Below, piece by piece: positions 47,101 to 57,170 of a DNA stretch of 64,000 nucleotides (its first letter is position 1; each line of letters begins with the position of its first letter). The stretch spans positions 1 to 64,000 of the forward strand of contig JANRKO010000033.1 of NCBI GenBank assembly GCA_033763455.1, written 5' to 3'. The notes beneath the pieces were generated by a model, which was not told where the DNA came from, did not search any database, and was given only the letters and a program-made list of their open reading frames with translations. The DNA is from Polyangiaceae bacterium. Lineage in GTDB: Bacteria > Myxococcota_A > Polyangia > Polyangiales > Polyangiaceae. Both the position numbers and the translations under genes were made by a program.

Positions 47101-48984
47101 GTGACGGTGTTATCGGACCTCAGTGGGAATAGCGGAGGGCGGCTGAGGCGGCTGCCATGGTTCATAGGGTGCCTGCTGGTAATTCTCGTGCCGGGGCTGT
47201 TCGCCCTCGACCGAGCGCGGCACTACGACCGCATCTTGGGTGGCGTAACCTTGGGTCCGGTGGTGCTCTCGGAGCTGAAACCAGAGGATGCGCTTGTGCG
47301 GATCCAAGCGTACGGTGCCCAGACGAGCGAACGCAAACTCCTGCTCCGTCTTGGCTCGGAGGCGTTTGAACTTTCACTTTCGCAACTTGGCATCCATCCT
47401 GCCCTCAGAACCTCGGTCGATAACGCTTACGCTGAGGGGCGGCGTGGGCATCTCGGCAAGCAGCTCTGGCACTGGTTGTGCCGCTTCTGGAAGCCTAGCG
47501 AGGTGCCTTTGGCAACAACGACCGAACGCTCCGTTTTCGAGCGGGAGCTCCGCCGCTTGGAAGGCATTGCTCTTGGAATTCGTCCGCAAGTTGGAGGGAT
47601 TGTTGTGGATGGTAAGCGGGCCATTCCCGTGTATGCGCAGCCCGGCAAGACGATCGACCGGGCCCAAGCTCTCACACTTCTTGTGCGCGCCGCGACCTCA
47701 CCGGAGGATCAAGTCGTCGAGTTGCCGCTATCATTGACCGCGCCCGCTACCACGCGCGAACAGGTGAACGCTTTGGTCGCTCTCGCTGAGAAGCTACTGA
47801 GCCAGCCGGTGACACTCAGAGGACCAGCCTCAAGCTCTGTTGACAGCACCGAATCGGCACCTACAGAGCTCGTGTTAGACGCAAGCTTTTTCGGCAATGC
47901 CCTCGTGGCTCGCTACAATGAGGAAACACGCCTACTTCAGCTTGCCCTTGACGAAAAAGCACTCGCAAAAAAGCTTGAGGGTATCCGTCAGAAGCTCGAA
48001 CGTTTGCCCCGCGACGCCCAATTTAGCGTCGAAAATGCCGATGCCGTGAGTATTAAACCGAGCACCACAGGCACACTGCTTGCCGATAGCAAGATACTAG
48101 AAGCCGCGCTGAAAGCCGCTGCTAGCCCCGAACGCCAGGGAAACCTGCCGCTGACCGAGGATGTTCAGCCGAAGCTCACGACCGAAGCCGCAGAAGCGCT
48201 CAACATCCGCCGAATGGTAGGGCACTTCAGAACTTCCTTCCCCTGCTGCGCCCCACGGGTGAAGAACATCGCACGCATTGCCGAGCTCTTGAACCACACG
48301 ATTGTTCCCCCTGGGGCGACATTCTCCGTGAATGAAGCGGTGGGTCCTCGTACACTTGCCGCTGGGTTCGTACCGGCGCCGAGCATCGAAGATGGAGAAA
48401 TGGTAGATACTGTGGGAGGGGGAGTGAGCCAATTCGCCACAACGCTCTACAATGCGCTATTTCATGCGGGATACGAGATCCTAACGCACCAGCCTCACAG
48501 CTACTACTTCAACCGCTATCCCATGGGGCACGAAGCCACGCTTTCCTGGCCCAAGCCCGATCTTGCATTTCGAAATGATACCCGTTCAGGCTTACTGATC
48601 CTCACTCAAGTGGGGAAAACGAGCGTGAGCGTCTTGTTGTTTGGGGATACCGAAGGACGTCGAGTAACGGTGAAGGTTTCCCCCCAGAGCGACTTCAAGC
48701 AACCCCCAGTGCAGCTCCTGCCGGCTCCAACTGTGCGGCCAGATAGTGAGGCTGTGGTACACCGTGGCAAAGCTGGCTGGTCTGTGGACGTTAGCCGGCG
48801 TATCGATTTTGCTGACGGCACGAGCCGCTCTGATCACCGCAAGGTCACTTACAATCCGGAAGCACGAGTGGTGAGTGTGCACCCGTGCCGCATTCCTCCG
48901 GGAGAGCCCGGCGCCACAGGCGAGGATTGCCCGCTGCCCGAGCCTGAGCCAGGCGAAGACGCAGGCGCCCCCCAGGCCGAGTGA
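47101..48984 (+). CDS. VanW-family protein with peptidoglycan-binding (PG_binding_4-like) and G5-like regions
   Basis: R.KNI, FSVNEAVGPRT, GGGVSQFATTLYNA, HSYY..RYP.G.EAT, DL.FRND. Confidence 0.9.
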   Translation: MTVLSDLSGNSGGRLRRLPWFIGCLLVILVPGLFALDRARHYDRILGGVTLGPVVLSELKPEDALVRIQAYGAQTSERKLLLRLGSEAFELSLSQLGIHPALRTSVDNAYAEGRRGHLGKQLWHWLCRFWKPSEVPLATTTERSVFERELRRLEGIALGIRPQVGGIVVDGKRAIPVYAQPGKTIDRAQALTLLVRAATSPEDQVVELPLSLTAPATTREQVNALVALAEKLLSQPVTLRGPASSSVDSTESAPTELVLDASFFGNALVARYNEETRLLQLALDEKALAKKLEGIRQKLERLPRDAQFSVENADAVSIKPSTTGTLLADSKILEAALKAAASPERQGNLPLTEDVQPKLTTEAAEALNIRRMVGHFRTSFPCCAPRVKNIARIAELLNHTIVPPGATFSVNEAVGPRTLAAGFVPAPSIEDGEMVDTVGGGVSQFATTLYNALFHAGYEILTHQPHSYYFNRYPMGHEATLSWPKPDLAFRNDTRSGLLILTQVGKTSVSVLLFGDTEGRRVTVKVSPQSDFKQPPVQLLPAPTVRPDSEAVVHRGKAGWSVDVSRRIDFADGTSRSDHRKVTYNPEARVVSVHPCRIPPGEPGATGEDCPLPEPEPGEDAGAPQAE

Positions 48985-49008
48985 GCTCGCTCGCGCAGGG
49001 TGCGAGCC

Positions 49009-49833
49009 TCACTCACGCAAAATACGAAGCTCGCGCAAAGACACCCAAGCCAAGGTGGCGCCCCACTCAACTTTGGCTAGATTTCCTGCCTTTTCATGCA
49101 CGTATACCAGGGCCCCCTCCGGAATCGTCCCGGGATGGCCAGCCGCTTCTGGAGCACTAACGCGCGCACCCATTTCGTCCAAGAGGCGTGCCTCTGGGCT
49201 AATAATCACTGCAGGCTCCGTTTTCTCACTCAGCCAGCGGGCGGCATACGCCAGAGGTGTGGCAAGCAACAATAGCCCCATCCCGAGGCCTAGCGAGATC
49301 CCCGCCGCAAGGCGCACATCTGCACGGCGCACGGCTCCGCGGAGCAAGAGCCCCAGGCTGACCAAGATCGAAGCCGCGAGAGCCAAGCAATCCCAAACAG
49401 CTCTCGGTGCAAGGCCCACAATAGCTCGACCGATACTCGGACGAGCGGCCAAAGCTTCGCCCCTCGCTTTCGCACGGAGCCTAGCTATCTCCGCTCGGAG
49501 TGCGTCGAGCGCGCGTTCTGCATCCGCATCTTTGGGATTTTGTAGCAAAGCTTCTTCGAGCCCTGCTGCGGCCTGCCCGAGATCACCTGGAGCAGCCTGC
49601 GGTGATTTGGCACGGGAGAGGTATGCCAGCGCCCGATTGTAGCTCAAATCGGCCGTCACCAAGCCACGATCGCTCGCGAGCTCAAAGTTCTCGATTGCCT
49701 TGGTGGGAGCGCCCTGTTTGAGCGCTTCGAGCCCAGCTCGTGCAGAAGCTTCTCGGCTCGTGTCTGCTGGCGCACTCGGTGCGTAGAGGGCAAAAGCGAG
49801 CAGACAAAGTACGCAGGTTCGGAGGCACCCCAC
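49009..49833 (-). CDS. BatE-like TPR/TM/SH3 protein
   Basis: LSYNRALAY TPR, two TMs, IPEG..V SH3-like end; last gene of the Bat operon. Confidence 0.75.
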   Translation of the reverse strand: MGCLRTCVLCLLAFALYAPSAPADTSREASARAGLEALKQGAPTKAIENFELASDRGLVTADLSYNRALAYLSRAKSPQAAPGDLGQAAAGLEEALLQNPKDADAERALDALRAEIARLRAKARGEALAARPSIGRAIVGLAPRAVWDCLALAASILVSLGLLLRGAVRRADVRLAAGISLGLGMGLLLLATPLAYAARWLSEKTEPAVIISPEARLLDEMGARVSAPEAAGHPGTIPEGALVYVHEKAGNLAKVEWGATLAWVSLRELRILRE

Positions 49834-49835
49834 AA

Positions 49836-51815
49836 CTACCCTCCCTTCCTTCGGAAGCTCTGCACCCGCGCGACCCAGCTGGCGGCGTCCGTGACGAGCT
49901 CCGCCACCTCTCGGCTCGAACTCGCCGAAAACCGAACGTTATCGCACCTCTCAAGTAGCTCTTCGGCTCCTTTGGCCAACTCGTGCGAAAGGCCCCCAGC
50001 AGTCAGCGTCTTCACCAGCTCATGGCGGAGAACCCCTCGCGCCTTGACGCCAGTCTTATCCTCAAGCACGCCCACGATCGCGCGTTCAAGCGGCGCCACA
50101 GCATCCAGTGAGCCGCTCTGGGCGATACCTTGCGCCTCTTTGAGAGCCTGCTGGGCGCGGTAGCTCAGGGCATTCTTTCGAGCCTGACCGCGCACCCACA
50201 AGGCCTTACAGGCTTTGGTGAGAGTTTGCCCAAACACGACCAGCACAGGGCCCAATAAGAGAAGCGGAAAGAACCAGGTACGATCAGACAGCTCCGGAGC
50301 TTTTGCGGTTGCACTCAGGATGGCCTGACGCGGCTGCATCAGCTGGAGGATATGTTCAAGCGGCGGAGGCGCTTGAGGCAGAGGAGGCTTAGCTTCCACT
50401 TGCCCCGTCCGGGGAGCGTTTGCTGGAATAACATTCACTCGCCCGAGAGCAGCGCTTGCCGTTTCGTAGCCCGCGGAAGGGTTGAAGTAAGGTAGCTCCA
50501 GGTTACCCAGATCAACACTGCCAACTTTGGAGAGGCGCGCGACGTAGGTGAACTTTCGATAACCTGTGAGCGCACCATCTTTGGGTGCTATCTCTTCGTT
50601 TATCGTGGGTTGTGAAAACTCAACGCCATTTTGCTCCGGGATGCTCAAGCTGCCTGGGAAATTGCCCTGCCCTTCGAGCCAAGCCGTGATCGCAACGGCG
50701 CCGCCCGCTTCCACTTCCCGTGGAGCAACCTCCACTTTGAGCTGAAAATGGCCCACATCTCCTAGGCGGTACCCCACGGGCCGACCTTTCATCGGGGGCT
50801 CCACCACTTCAACATCCGCGGGCACGCTGGTTCTTTTGACTACCTTCTGCCCACTGCGGGATATCAACGCGAGCTCCATCGTAAGCTCGCCGACTTTGAA
50901 GTGCCCCACGCTGAGCGGCACCAACATAAGCTCACGGATCTGCGCCGCGCCGAACAGCTGATCCCCTATCGGCACTCTGCGCACACTCACTTGGTCCTTC
51001 CTGGTCAAGTCGTAGGCTAAGAACTCCTTACGCGTGACATCCGTAACGCTCACGTCGTCGAACGCTGGGTAAGAACTGTAAGCGAACACTTTCAAAGTCA
51101 GCGCCTGACCAACGACCACCTTCTTCGGCGAAGCTTTGGAGACAATGAACGCGAGTGGATCCAAAGCTTTGGCAACCCGCCACTCATCCGGCACGCTAGC
51201 AGGATCGAAGGCGGGCTCATCGAGGCTCGGATCAGGCAGCGAGGGGCGGCCGAGCCTACCTCCAAAAGGGCCTCCAGGCCCAAATGGATCAAACGGATCG
51301 AACCCTTGAGGAAAACCCCCTCGAGCTTGAGGTTGCGAAGGTTGCCGCGGCAACGCACCTTGAGGCAATACCTCCAAGGTCTGGGCATCGTCGGAGAGGC
51401 GGCGTCCTTGCACCACGATGCTGGCGGGCCCGATGGTGTAGCGGCCGGCCTTGGTAGGCGTAACGCTCCAACTCGCGGTCACTCCGTAATTACGGCTCAT
51501 GCGCCCATTTACGATAGAGATCTGCTGTTGTGTGCTCACGTTGGGCCCCAGCGCGACAAACCCCGGGGGCAACTTTAGGCTGGGATTTTGGGGCTGCGCG
51601 GAATCATCGTCGACCAAGGTTGTGAGTTGCACGACGAAAGTCTCGCCCACCTCCACCTGACGAGCGCTAAGCTCCGTATTCAAACGCTGGGCCAACGCAA
51701 GCTTCGGCAAGCAGCAGATCAAAAAAAGCAAAACTCTCAAGCCCCATGCGCAAACATGCCGCCTGCTCTGAGCGAGGCAATGCGGCCGAGGGCATCCCGG
51801 GGCTTGCAGAATCAC
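49836..51815 (-). CDS. batD: BatD-family protein
   Basis: V.VGE.F, QISIVNGR, P.KAG.YTIGP, LPYFNP. Confidence 0.85.
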   Translation of the reverse strand: MILQAPGCPRPHCLAQSRRHVCAWGLRVLLFLICCLPKLALAQRLNTELSARQVEVGETFVVQLTTLVDDDSAQPQNPSLKLPPGFVALGPNVSTQQQISIVNGRMSRNYGVTASWSVTPTKAGRYTIGPASIVVQGRRLSDDAQTLEVLPQGALPRQPSQPQARGGFPQGFDPFDPFGPGGPFGGRLGRPSLPDPSLDEPAFDPASVPDEWRVAKALDPLAFIVSKASPKKVVVGQALTLKVFAYSSYPAFDDVSVTDVTRKEFLAYDLTRKDQVSVRRVPIGDQLFGAAQIRELMLVPLSVGHFKVGELTMELALISRSGQKVVKRTSVPADVEVVEPPMKGRPVGYRLGDVGHFQLKVEVAPREVEAGGAVAITAWLEGQGNFPGSLSIPEQNGVEFSQPTINEEIAPKDGALTGYRKFTYVARLSKVGSVDLGNLELPYFNPSAGYETASAALGRVNVIPANAPRTGQVEAKPPLPQAPPPLEHILQLMQPRQAILSATAKAPELSDRTWFFPLLLLGPVLVVFGQTLTKACKALWVRGQARKNALSYRAQQALKEAQGIAQSGSLDAVAPLERAIVGVLEDKTGVKARGVLRHELVKTLTAGGLSHELAKGAEELLERCDNVRFSASSSREVAELVTDAASWVARVQSFRRKGG

Positions 51816-53896
51816 CGATCCTCCGCCGCACTCAGTGCCCGACGCACCCTGGCCTTTTTGGCGAGCTCTTGCTGCAACGTGGGGGCCCGCTCCAGCATAT
51901 CCATCACGCGCTGGTTCTCGGCTCCGTTGGGCTTCTGGGCAGATTTCTCTTGCTCTTGTGCGCTAGCATCATCGGCGCTGGCGTCTTTCGGCTGCTCTTG
52001 TCCAGCATCGCCGGCATCCGGGGGCCCGCTGTCTTGGTCTTGCGGCGAGCCGCTGTCTTGGCCGGCATCGGGAGGTGAATCCCCAGCGTCGTTGCCAGCG
52101 TCGCTCCCCGCATCACTTCCCCCGTCGTCGCCGCCATCTTGCCCACCGTCCGAGCCGGCATCCGGAGAAGCATCGGGCTTCTCTTCGTCGATGCGACGCA
52201 GAGCAATCGAGCGGTTGAAAGCGGCATCTTGCCCCAGCAGATCTCCGGCGTCGCCCGTCACGCCGGGAACCAGCCTGAGCGCTTTGTCGTAATGGCTCAC
52301 AGCCCCGCGGTAATTGCCGCGCAGGAACTCCAAGTTGCCGGAAAGGTAGTGTGCGCGGGCTCGGAGCTCGGCGGGCGTGGCCGGATCGAGCGCGATGGCT
52401 TGAGCAATGCGGAGCGCGCAATCCACCTGATCTCTTCGGTTCTCCTCTGCTTTTTGTGCAGCGGGATCGGGTGGAGCGTCGGGCGCACCATGAGCCAAGC
52501 CCTCTTCACCAAACTTCTTTCCAAATTTTTCAGCCAAGCGAAACAGCGCGAGCCCCAAGTCAAAGGCAGCGAAGGGGCGCTCTTTCACGCTCTCTGGCGT
52601 CCCGATCTTGCCACCCTCACATTTACCCGTTTTCAGGTACTCAATGAGGCTCTGCTGCGCTCCCGCGGAATCTCCAGCGTCCAGTTTTTCCACCGCATCA
52701 TCTACAGCGGGCGAGTAGCGCTCAAACCACTTGGAGGGATTGGGGTCGCAGGAAGACAGGGCAAGCCCCATCAGCAGGAGACTAGCTAATGGCGCCCGCC
52801 CGCGCGTCTTCTTCATAAGGCTCTCTCGACGCTTTGTACTGTGCACGTCGCCTTCGGGGCCCGCAGCCTTCTGCCGCTTTCCCCGACGCTTCGCCTCTCC
52901 GATCAACACCTCGATCAGAAGCAATAACGCCGCCACGCTCAGCGGATACATGTAGACGTCCGCGTACACCGTTTCCACCTTCTCGCTGAGCTCTTCGGTC
53001 ATGAGCTTCCTGAGGCGCGAAGTGATGGCGTCGATGCCCATTTTTCCGCGCTGGCTGCGAACGATCGTGCCTCCCGCAGTTTCTGCGATTTTTGCCAAGG
53101 CTGCTTCACCCTCGGCCGAAAGCGCTGTGGTGACAGCCGCGCCGGATTCGTCCTTGCGCAGCCCAGTAACGCGCCCAGCGCTGTCGATCTCTGGCAAGGG
53201 CTCAGCGGTACGGCTGCCGATCTGCACCACGTGGAGTGTGATGTCTTCCTGGGCGCAAGATTGGGCGACCTGGACCGGATCGCCTTCCAGATCTTCACCG
53301 TCCGTAATGAGAATGATAACGCGCTTGTGCCTTCGCGAAATCGGATCTCGCGCCAGAAGGTCACGCGCTGACTCTAACGCTCGGGCGATAGCGGTGCCGC
53401 CCACTGGCATGTCGTTGGGTGAAAGCTGATTGAGAAATTGCTTAATCGCGCCGCTATCACTCGTGAGCGGAAAGCTCATGGGCTCTCCGGCGAACGCCAC
53501 TGCGCCAAAGCGCGCCCCGGGCAGCGCGGCCACAAGATCGGCCACTTCGGCTTTGGCTCGCTCAATGCGGAACGGCGGAATATCCTGAGCGTACATGCTC
53601 TTGGAATAGTCGAGCGTGATCACTACATCGAGGTTGGTGGCCGGAATTGTCCGCGTGCCGCGCCCATACTGCGGCTGAGCTAGGGCCACAAGCCCGGCGG
53701 CCACAGCGAGAACCAAAAGCACGCCCTTTACGGCGCGGCGAGAACCAGCATTCGCTGTAAAGAGCTTCTTCACTTGCTCTTCGAACCCAAAGCGGCGCGC
53801 CGCCCTGACCCCGAGCACCCCGCCCAGAATAAGGAACAGAGCCACCAACAAGCCTACACCCGTGCCAAACAACCAAATGGGTTCCGCGAATCGCAT
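51812..53896 (-). CDS. batB: BatB-like vWA protein fused to a BatC-like TPR domain and acidic tail
   Basis: LDYSKSM MIDAS, PLTSD, GTAI, LITDGED; TPRs; DAG-rich linker. Confidence 0.85.
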   Translation of the reverse strand: MRFAEPIWLFGTGVGLLVALFLILGGVLGVRAARRFGFEEQVKKLFTANAGSRRAVKGVLLVLAVAAGLVALAQPQYGRGTRTIPATNLDVVITLDYSKSMYAQDIPPFRIERAKAEVADLVAALPGARFGAVAFAGEPMSFPLTSDSGAIKQFLNQLSPNDMPVGGTAIARALESARDLLARDPISRRHKRVIILITDGEDLEGDPVQVAQSCAQEDITLHVVQIGSRTAEPLPEIDSAGRVTGLRKDESGAAVTTALSAEGEAALAKIAETAGGTIVRSQRGKMGIDAITSRLRKLMTEELSEKVETVYADVYMYPLSVAALLLLIEVLIGEAKRRGKRQKAAGPEGDVHSTKRRESLMKKTRGRAPLASLLLMGLALSSCDPNPSKWFERYSPAVDDAVEKLDAGDSAGAQQSLIEYLKTGKCEGGKIGTPESVKERPFAAFDLGLALFRLAEKFGKKFGEEGLAHGAPDAPPDPAAQKAEENRRDQVDCALRIAQAIALDPATPAELRARAHYLSGNLEFLRGNYRGAVSHYDKALRLVPGVTGDAGDLLGQDAAFNRSIALRRIDEEKPDASPDAGSDGGQDGGDDGGSDAGSDAGNDAGDSPPDAGQDSGSPQDQDSGPPDAGDAGQEQPKDASADDASAQEQEKSAQKPNGAENQRVMDMLERAPTLQQELAKKARVRRALSAAEDR

Positions 53897-55053
53897 TACG
53901 GAAACCTCCTCAACCAAACTGCACTGAGCAGTGCTTCGAGAGCTAACATCAGCACCGCGGGCAGCAGCAAATACCTGTAGAGATCTTCGTAGCTCGCGTT
54001 GTTGGAATCGAACTTTGTGCGTTCCAAAGTGTTGAGCACTTCGTGCACGCTATCTTGCAGGGCACGGGCGTCACTCGCGACGTAAGCTTGGCCTCCCGTG
54101 CGTTGAGCTAACTCGCGCAGAAGCTTCGGATTGGTCGGGGCGGGTACGTTCACATATTGCGGCTGCCCAAAGAGATTGAACCCGCGTTGAAACTGCGCCA
54201 CGTCGCCCTGGCCGATCTGGATCGTGAACACTTTGACGCCCACCTGCTTGGCGAGATCGGCAGCAAATTCGGGGGCCAGCTTGCCTCCCTTGTTGTCCCC
54301 GTCGGTGAGCAAGAGCACGGTCTTGGTAGTTGCCGTGCTTTTCCGCAGGCGCGCCACCGATACACCCAGTGCGTCGCCAATTGCCGTGCCGTCAGCCGAG
54401 ATGAGATTGAGCTCCATTTTCGCAACGCTGGCATCCAACATATGGTAATCCAGCGTCGGCGGGGAAAGCACATACGCGTCAGCCGCAAATACTACCACGC
54501 CGATACGATCCGTTTTTCGGCGCGCAATGAAATCGCGCAGCACCGCACGAGCAACATCCACGCGAGTGGGTAGGACACCGGGCGAGCGCTCTGGCATGTA
54601 GGGCGCGAGGTTATCGGGAAGATTCGTGATGGAGGCCGCCATCGAACCGGAGAGGTCGAGGGCTATTACAATGTCGATCCCTTCCTCTTCGGTGGTGGCC
54701 GGCCGCAGAGTATTCACCGGTCGCGCAAGGGCCAGACACATCCCCATAAGGCCAACGGTGCGCAACACTCCGGGCACATCCCTAAGCCAGGCTCGCACGC
54801 CTACGGGGCCCTGGGCAAAACCCGCCAAAGTGCCCATGCGCAGCCGAGGCGTGCGCCCATCGCGGCCCCAGGTACTCAACCAAAACACGAGTGGTAGCGG
54901 CAAGAGAGCCAATAAGAACCAAGGCATTTGCCACTCTGCCGCGAGCCACTCCTCGCCACGGCTGACGAGCGGATACGCCAACAGGAGCCCACACGTGACG
55001 AGCAACAGCAAGACCAATACGGTGGCCCGCTTGGCTCCAGAAACGCGCGTCAA
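53896..55053 (-). CDS. batA: BatA-like vWA protein
   Basis: ALARP, GIDIVIALDLSGSM, DRIGVVVF, GTAIGD, LLTDGDN. Confidence 0.9.
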   Translation of the reverse strand: MTRVSGAKRATVLVLLLLVTCGLLLAYPLVSRGEEWLAAEWQMPWFLLALLPLPLVFWLSTWGRDGRTPRLRMGTLAGFAQGPVGVRAWLRDVPGVLRTVGLMGMCLALARPVNTLRPATTEEEGIDIVIALDLSGSMAASITNLPDNLAPYMPERSPGVLPTRVDVARAVLRDFIARRKTDRIGVVVFAADAYVLSPPTLDYHMLDASVAKMELNLISADGTAIGDALGVSVARLRKSTATTKTVLLLTDGDNKGGKLAPEFAADLAKQVGVKVFTIQIGQGDVAQFQRGFNLFGQPQYVNVPAPTNPKLLRELAQRTGGQAYVASDARALQDSVHEVLNTLERTKFDSNNASYEDLYRYLLLPAVLMLALEALLSAVWLRRFP

Positions 55054-56258
55054 GGTGCCCCTCCGTTGCCAGGCACTTGGCCACCGGGGTTCGGCAGACC
55101 GGGCGCCTGCACCGCTGCCTGTGGCGGCGCCGTGGGGAGCGTCTTTTGCACAATGTCTTCGGCCTGTTGAAGCACGAGTGCACACTGCTCTTCGGAGGGT
55201 GAAACTTTAGCGAACTTCACCAAGTCGGCGTCCACCAGGAAATTCCGAATGAGGATCCCCGTTGCCTGGTCAAGCGCGCTCTCTCGAATGAGCAGCACCG
55301 TTTCACGTGTCGTGCATTCGAGACCATCGAATCCAAAACGATCACCGAGGTATTGGCGAATGATGTTCGCCGCTCGCTCGTAGTGCTCCGCCTGCCTGTT
55401 TGCGGCAACGAGGCCCGCGTGACGCAAATCGAAAAGGGCTTCGCGTGCGACATCCCAAGGTGGCCGCACCTTGCGTGGAGGTGCCGGCTTCTTCGGGCGC
55501 TTCAACCAACGGCCAACCAAAAATGCGGTAAGTGCCGCGAGGACAAGCGCCGCTAATAAACCGATAACTGCGTATTTTAGCAACGTCCACTCTTCACGTT
55601 GTCGGCGTGGAGGCGGGTTCTGTTTGGGCTTTGGATTGGGGGTGTTTGCGGTGGGGTCTTCAACCGCTAGGGTGTGCACCGAAGTGCACAAGGTCACCAC
55701 TTCGCCACTCGCGCGGGATAGTGCGATGGGAACCGCCGGGAGCGTTAGAGTTTGGCGACCAGGCTTCTCGGGCAGTACCAAAAAGGGCAGTACCACACGC
55801 GTGGTGATCTGATCCCCGGCGGGCCTCGTTTCGAGCGTGGGTGCGCTCGACCCCTCTGGATCTGGAAGCGCGAAACCTGCGCGCTTCAGTGCCTCCACAG
55901 CCGGCCCTTCCCGCTGCAGTCGGAAGCCGCTCGGTAGCACACTCTGACCTTTACCGTGTGTGATACTAACTTCCAAGCTAACACCGTGACCGCTCAGCGC
56001 CCGGCTGGGGAACTTCTCAGTGAACTTAGGGCGTGTGGCGGCTTCTGCCGTCTCAATGCAACTTTCTCCGCCCTTGGCGGCCGTTAGAGCGGGCACGGGT
56101 ACTGGGGCTGCAGCAGGCGCGGATGCTGTGGGCGCCGATACTGCCGGCGCGGATGCTGCCGGCGCGGATGCTGCCGGCGGCTGTGCCTTGACGCGCTGTC
56201 CCGAAAACGCCAAGCCAAAACCGAGCGCGGCCGCCGTGACCATCCGAACCAAGCTCAT
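55050..56258 (-). CDS. Bat-operon membrane protein (DUF4381-like)
   Basis: Signal peptide, ASAPA repeats, one TM, ADLVKFAK motif. Confidence 0.75.
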   Translation of the reverse strand: MSLVRMVTAAALGFGLAFSGQRVKAQPPAASAPAASAPAVSAPTASAPAAAPVPVPALTAAKGGESCIETAEAATRPKFTEKFPSRALSGHGVSLEVSITHGKGQSVLPSGFRLQREGPAVEALKRAGFALPDPEGSSAPTLETRPAGDQITTRVVLPFLVLPEKPGRQTLTLPAVPIALSRASGEVVTLCTSVHTLAVEDPTANTPNPKPKQNPPPRRQREEWTLLKYAVIGLLAALVLAALTAFLVGRWLKRPKKPAPPRKVRPPWDVAREALFDLRHAGLVAANRQAEHYERAANIIRQYLGDRFGFDGLECTTRETVLLIRESALDQATGILIRNFLVDADLVKFAKVSPSEEQCALVLQQAEDIVQKTLPTAPPQAAVQAPGLPNPGGQVPGNGGAP

Positions 56259-57139
56259 GACCGCCGCACCCTCTTTGCGCGCCGATTGAACAGATCTCGA
56301 AGCGGCTTCACGTAAGGCTGATCCGTGCGCACCACGCAGTGATCAAGCCCCAGCTTGCGAAACAGCCGAATCTGCGCGCCCCGCACGTTCTTCATGGCTT
56401 GCTTGTAGTGCTCCCGCACCCGAGCGTCAGAAGTATCCACGATCAGGCTCTCACCCGTTTCAAAGTCCTCAAAAGTAGCGAGCCCCACATCCGCAAGCTC
56501 TTCATCGCGAGGATCCAGAAGCAAGATCGGAATCACATCGTGCCGCGCCGCCGCCAAGGAGAGTGCTCGTTCGTGCCCGGTTGCATAGAAATCACTCAAC
56601 ACAAACGCCACGCTGCGCCGGCGAGCCACGCGGTACAGAGTTTCGAGGGCGATCTTGAGGTCAGTACCGCGATGCTCGGGGGTTGCACCCAAGATCTCGC
56701 GCACCACGCGCATTACGTGCTTCTGCCCTTTTTTGGGGGGCACAATCTTTTCCACGCGGTCCGTCGCTAAGATCAAACCCACGCGATCATTATGTTTGAT
56801 GGCGCTAAACGCACACAAAGCCCCGACTTCGGCGGCCACTCGTGATTTATCGCTCTTTTGCGAGCCAAACTGCTCACTCGCGGAGATATCCACCACGAGC
56901 ATCATCGTCATCTCGCGCTCTTCAACGAACACTTTGACGTAGGGCTCATTCATGCGAGCGCTCACGTTCCAGTCGATCGTGCGCACGTCGTCCCCGGGCT
57001 GATATTGGCGCACCTCGCGGAACGCGAGGCCTTGCCCTTTGAAGACGGACGTGTAGTTACCTGCCAGCTGCTCGGTGGCAAGCCGGTTGGTCGTGATCTC
57101 GATCTTCTTCAAAGCTTTGAAGAGCTCTTTTTGAATCAC
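56255..57139 (-). CDS. DUF58-family protein
   Basis: GLAFREVRQYQPGDDVRTIDWNVSAR, FVEERE, LSDF. Confidence 0.93.
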   Translation of the reverse strand: MIQKELFKALKKIEITTNRLATEQLAGNYTSVFKGQGLAFREVRQYQPGDDVRTIDWNVSARMNEPYVKVFVEEREMTMMLVVDISASEQFGSQKSDKSRVAAEVGALCAFSAIKHNDRVGLILATDRVEKIVPPKKGQKHVMRVVREILGATPEHRGTDLKIALETLYRVARRRSVAFVLSDFYATGHERALSLAAARHDVIPILLLDPRDEELADVGLATFEDFETGESLIVDTSDARVREHYKQAMKNVRGAQIRLFRKLGLDHCVVRTDQPYVKPLRDLFNRRAKRVRRS

Positions 57140-57170
57140 GCAACGTCCTCAAAGGCAGGCTGTGGCAGAA

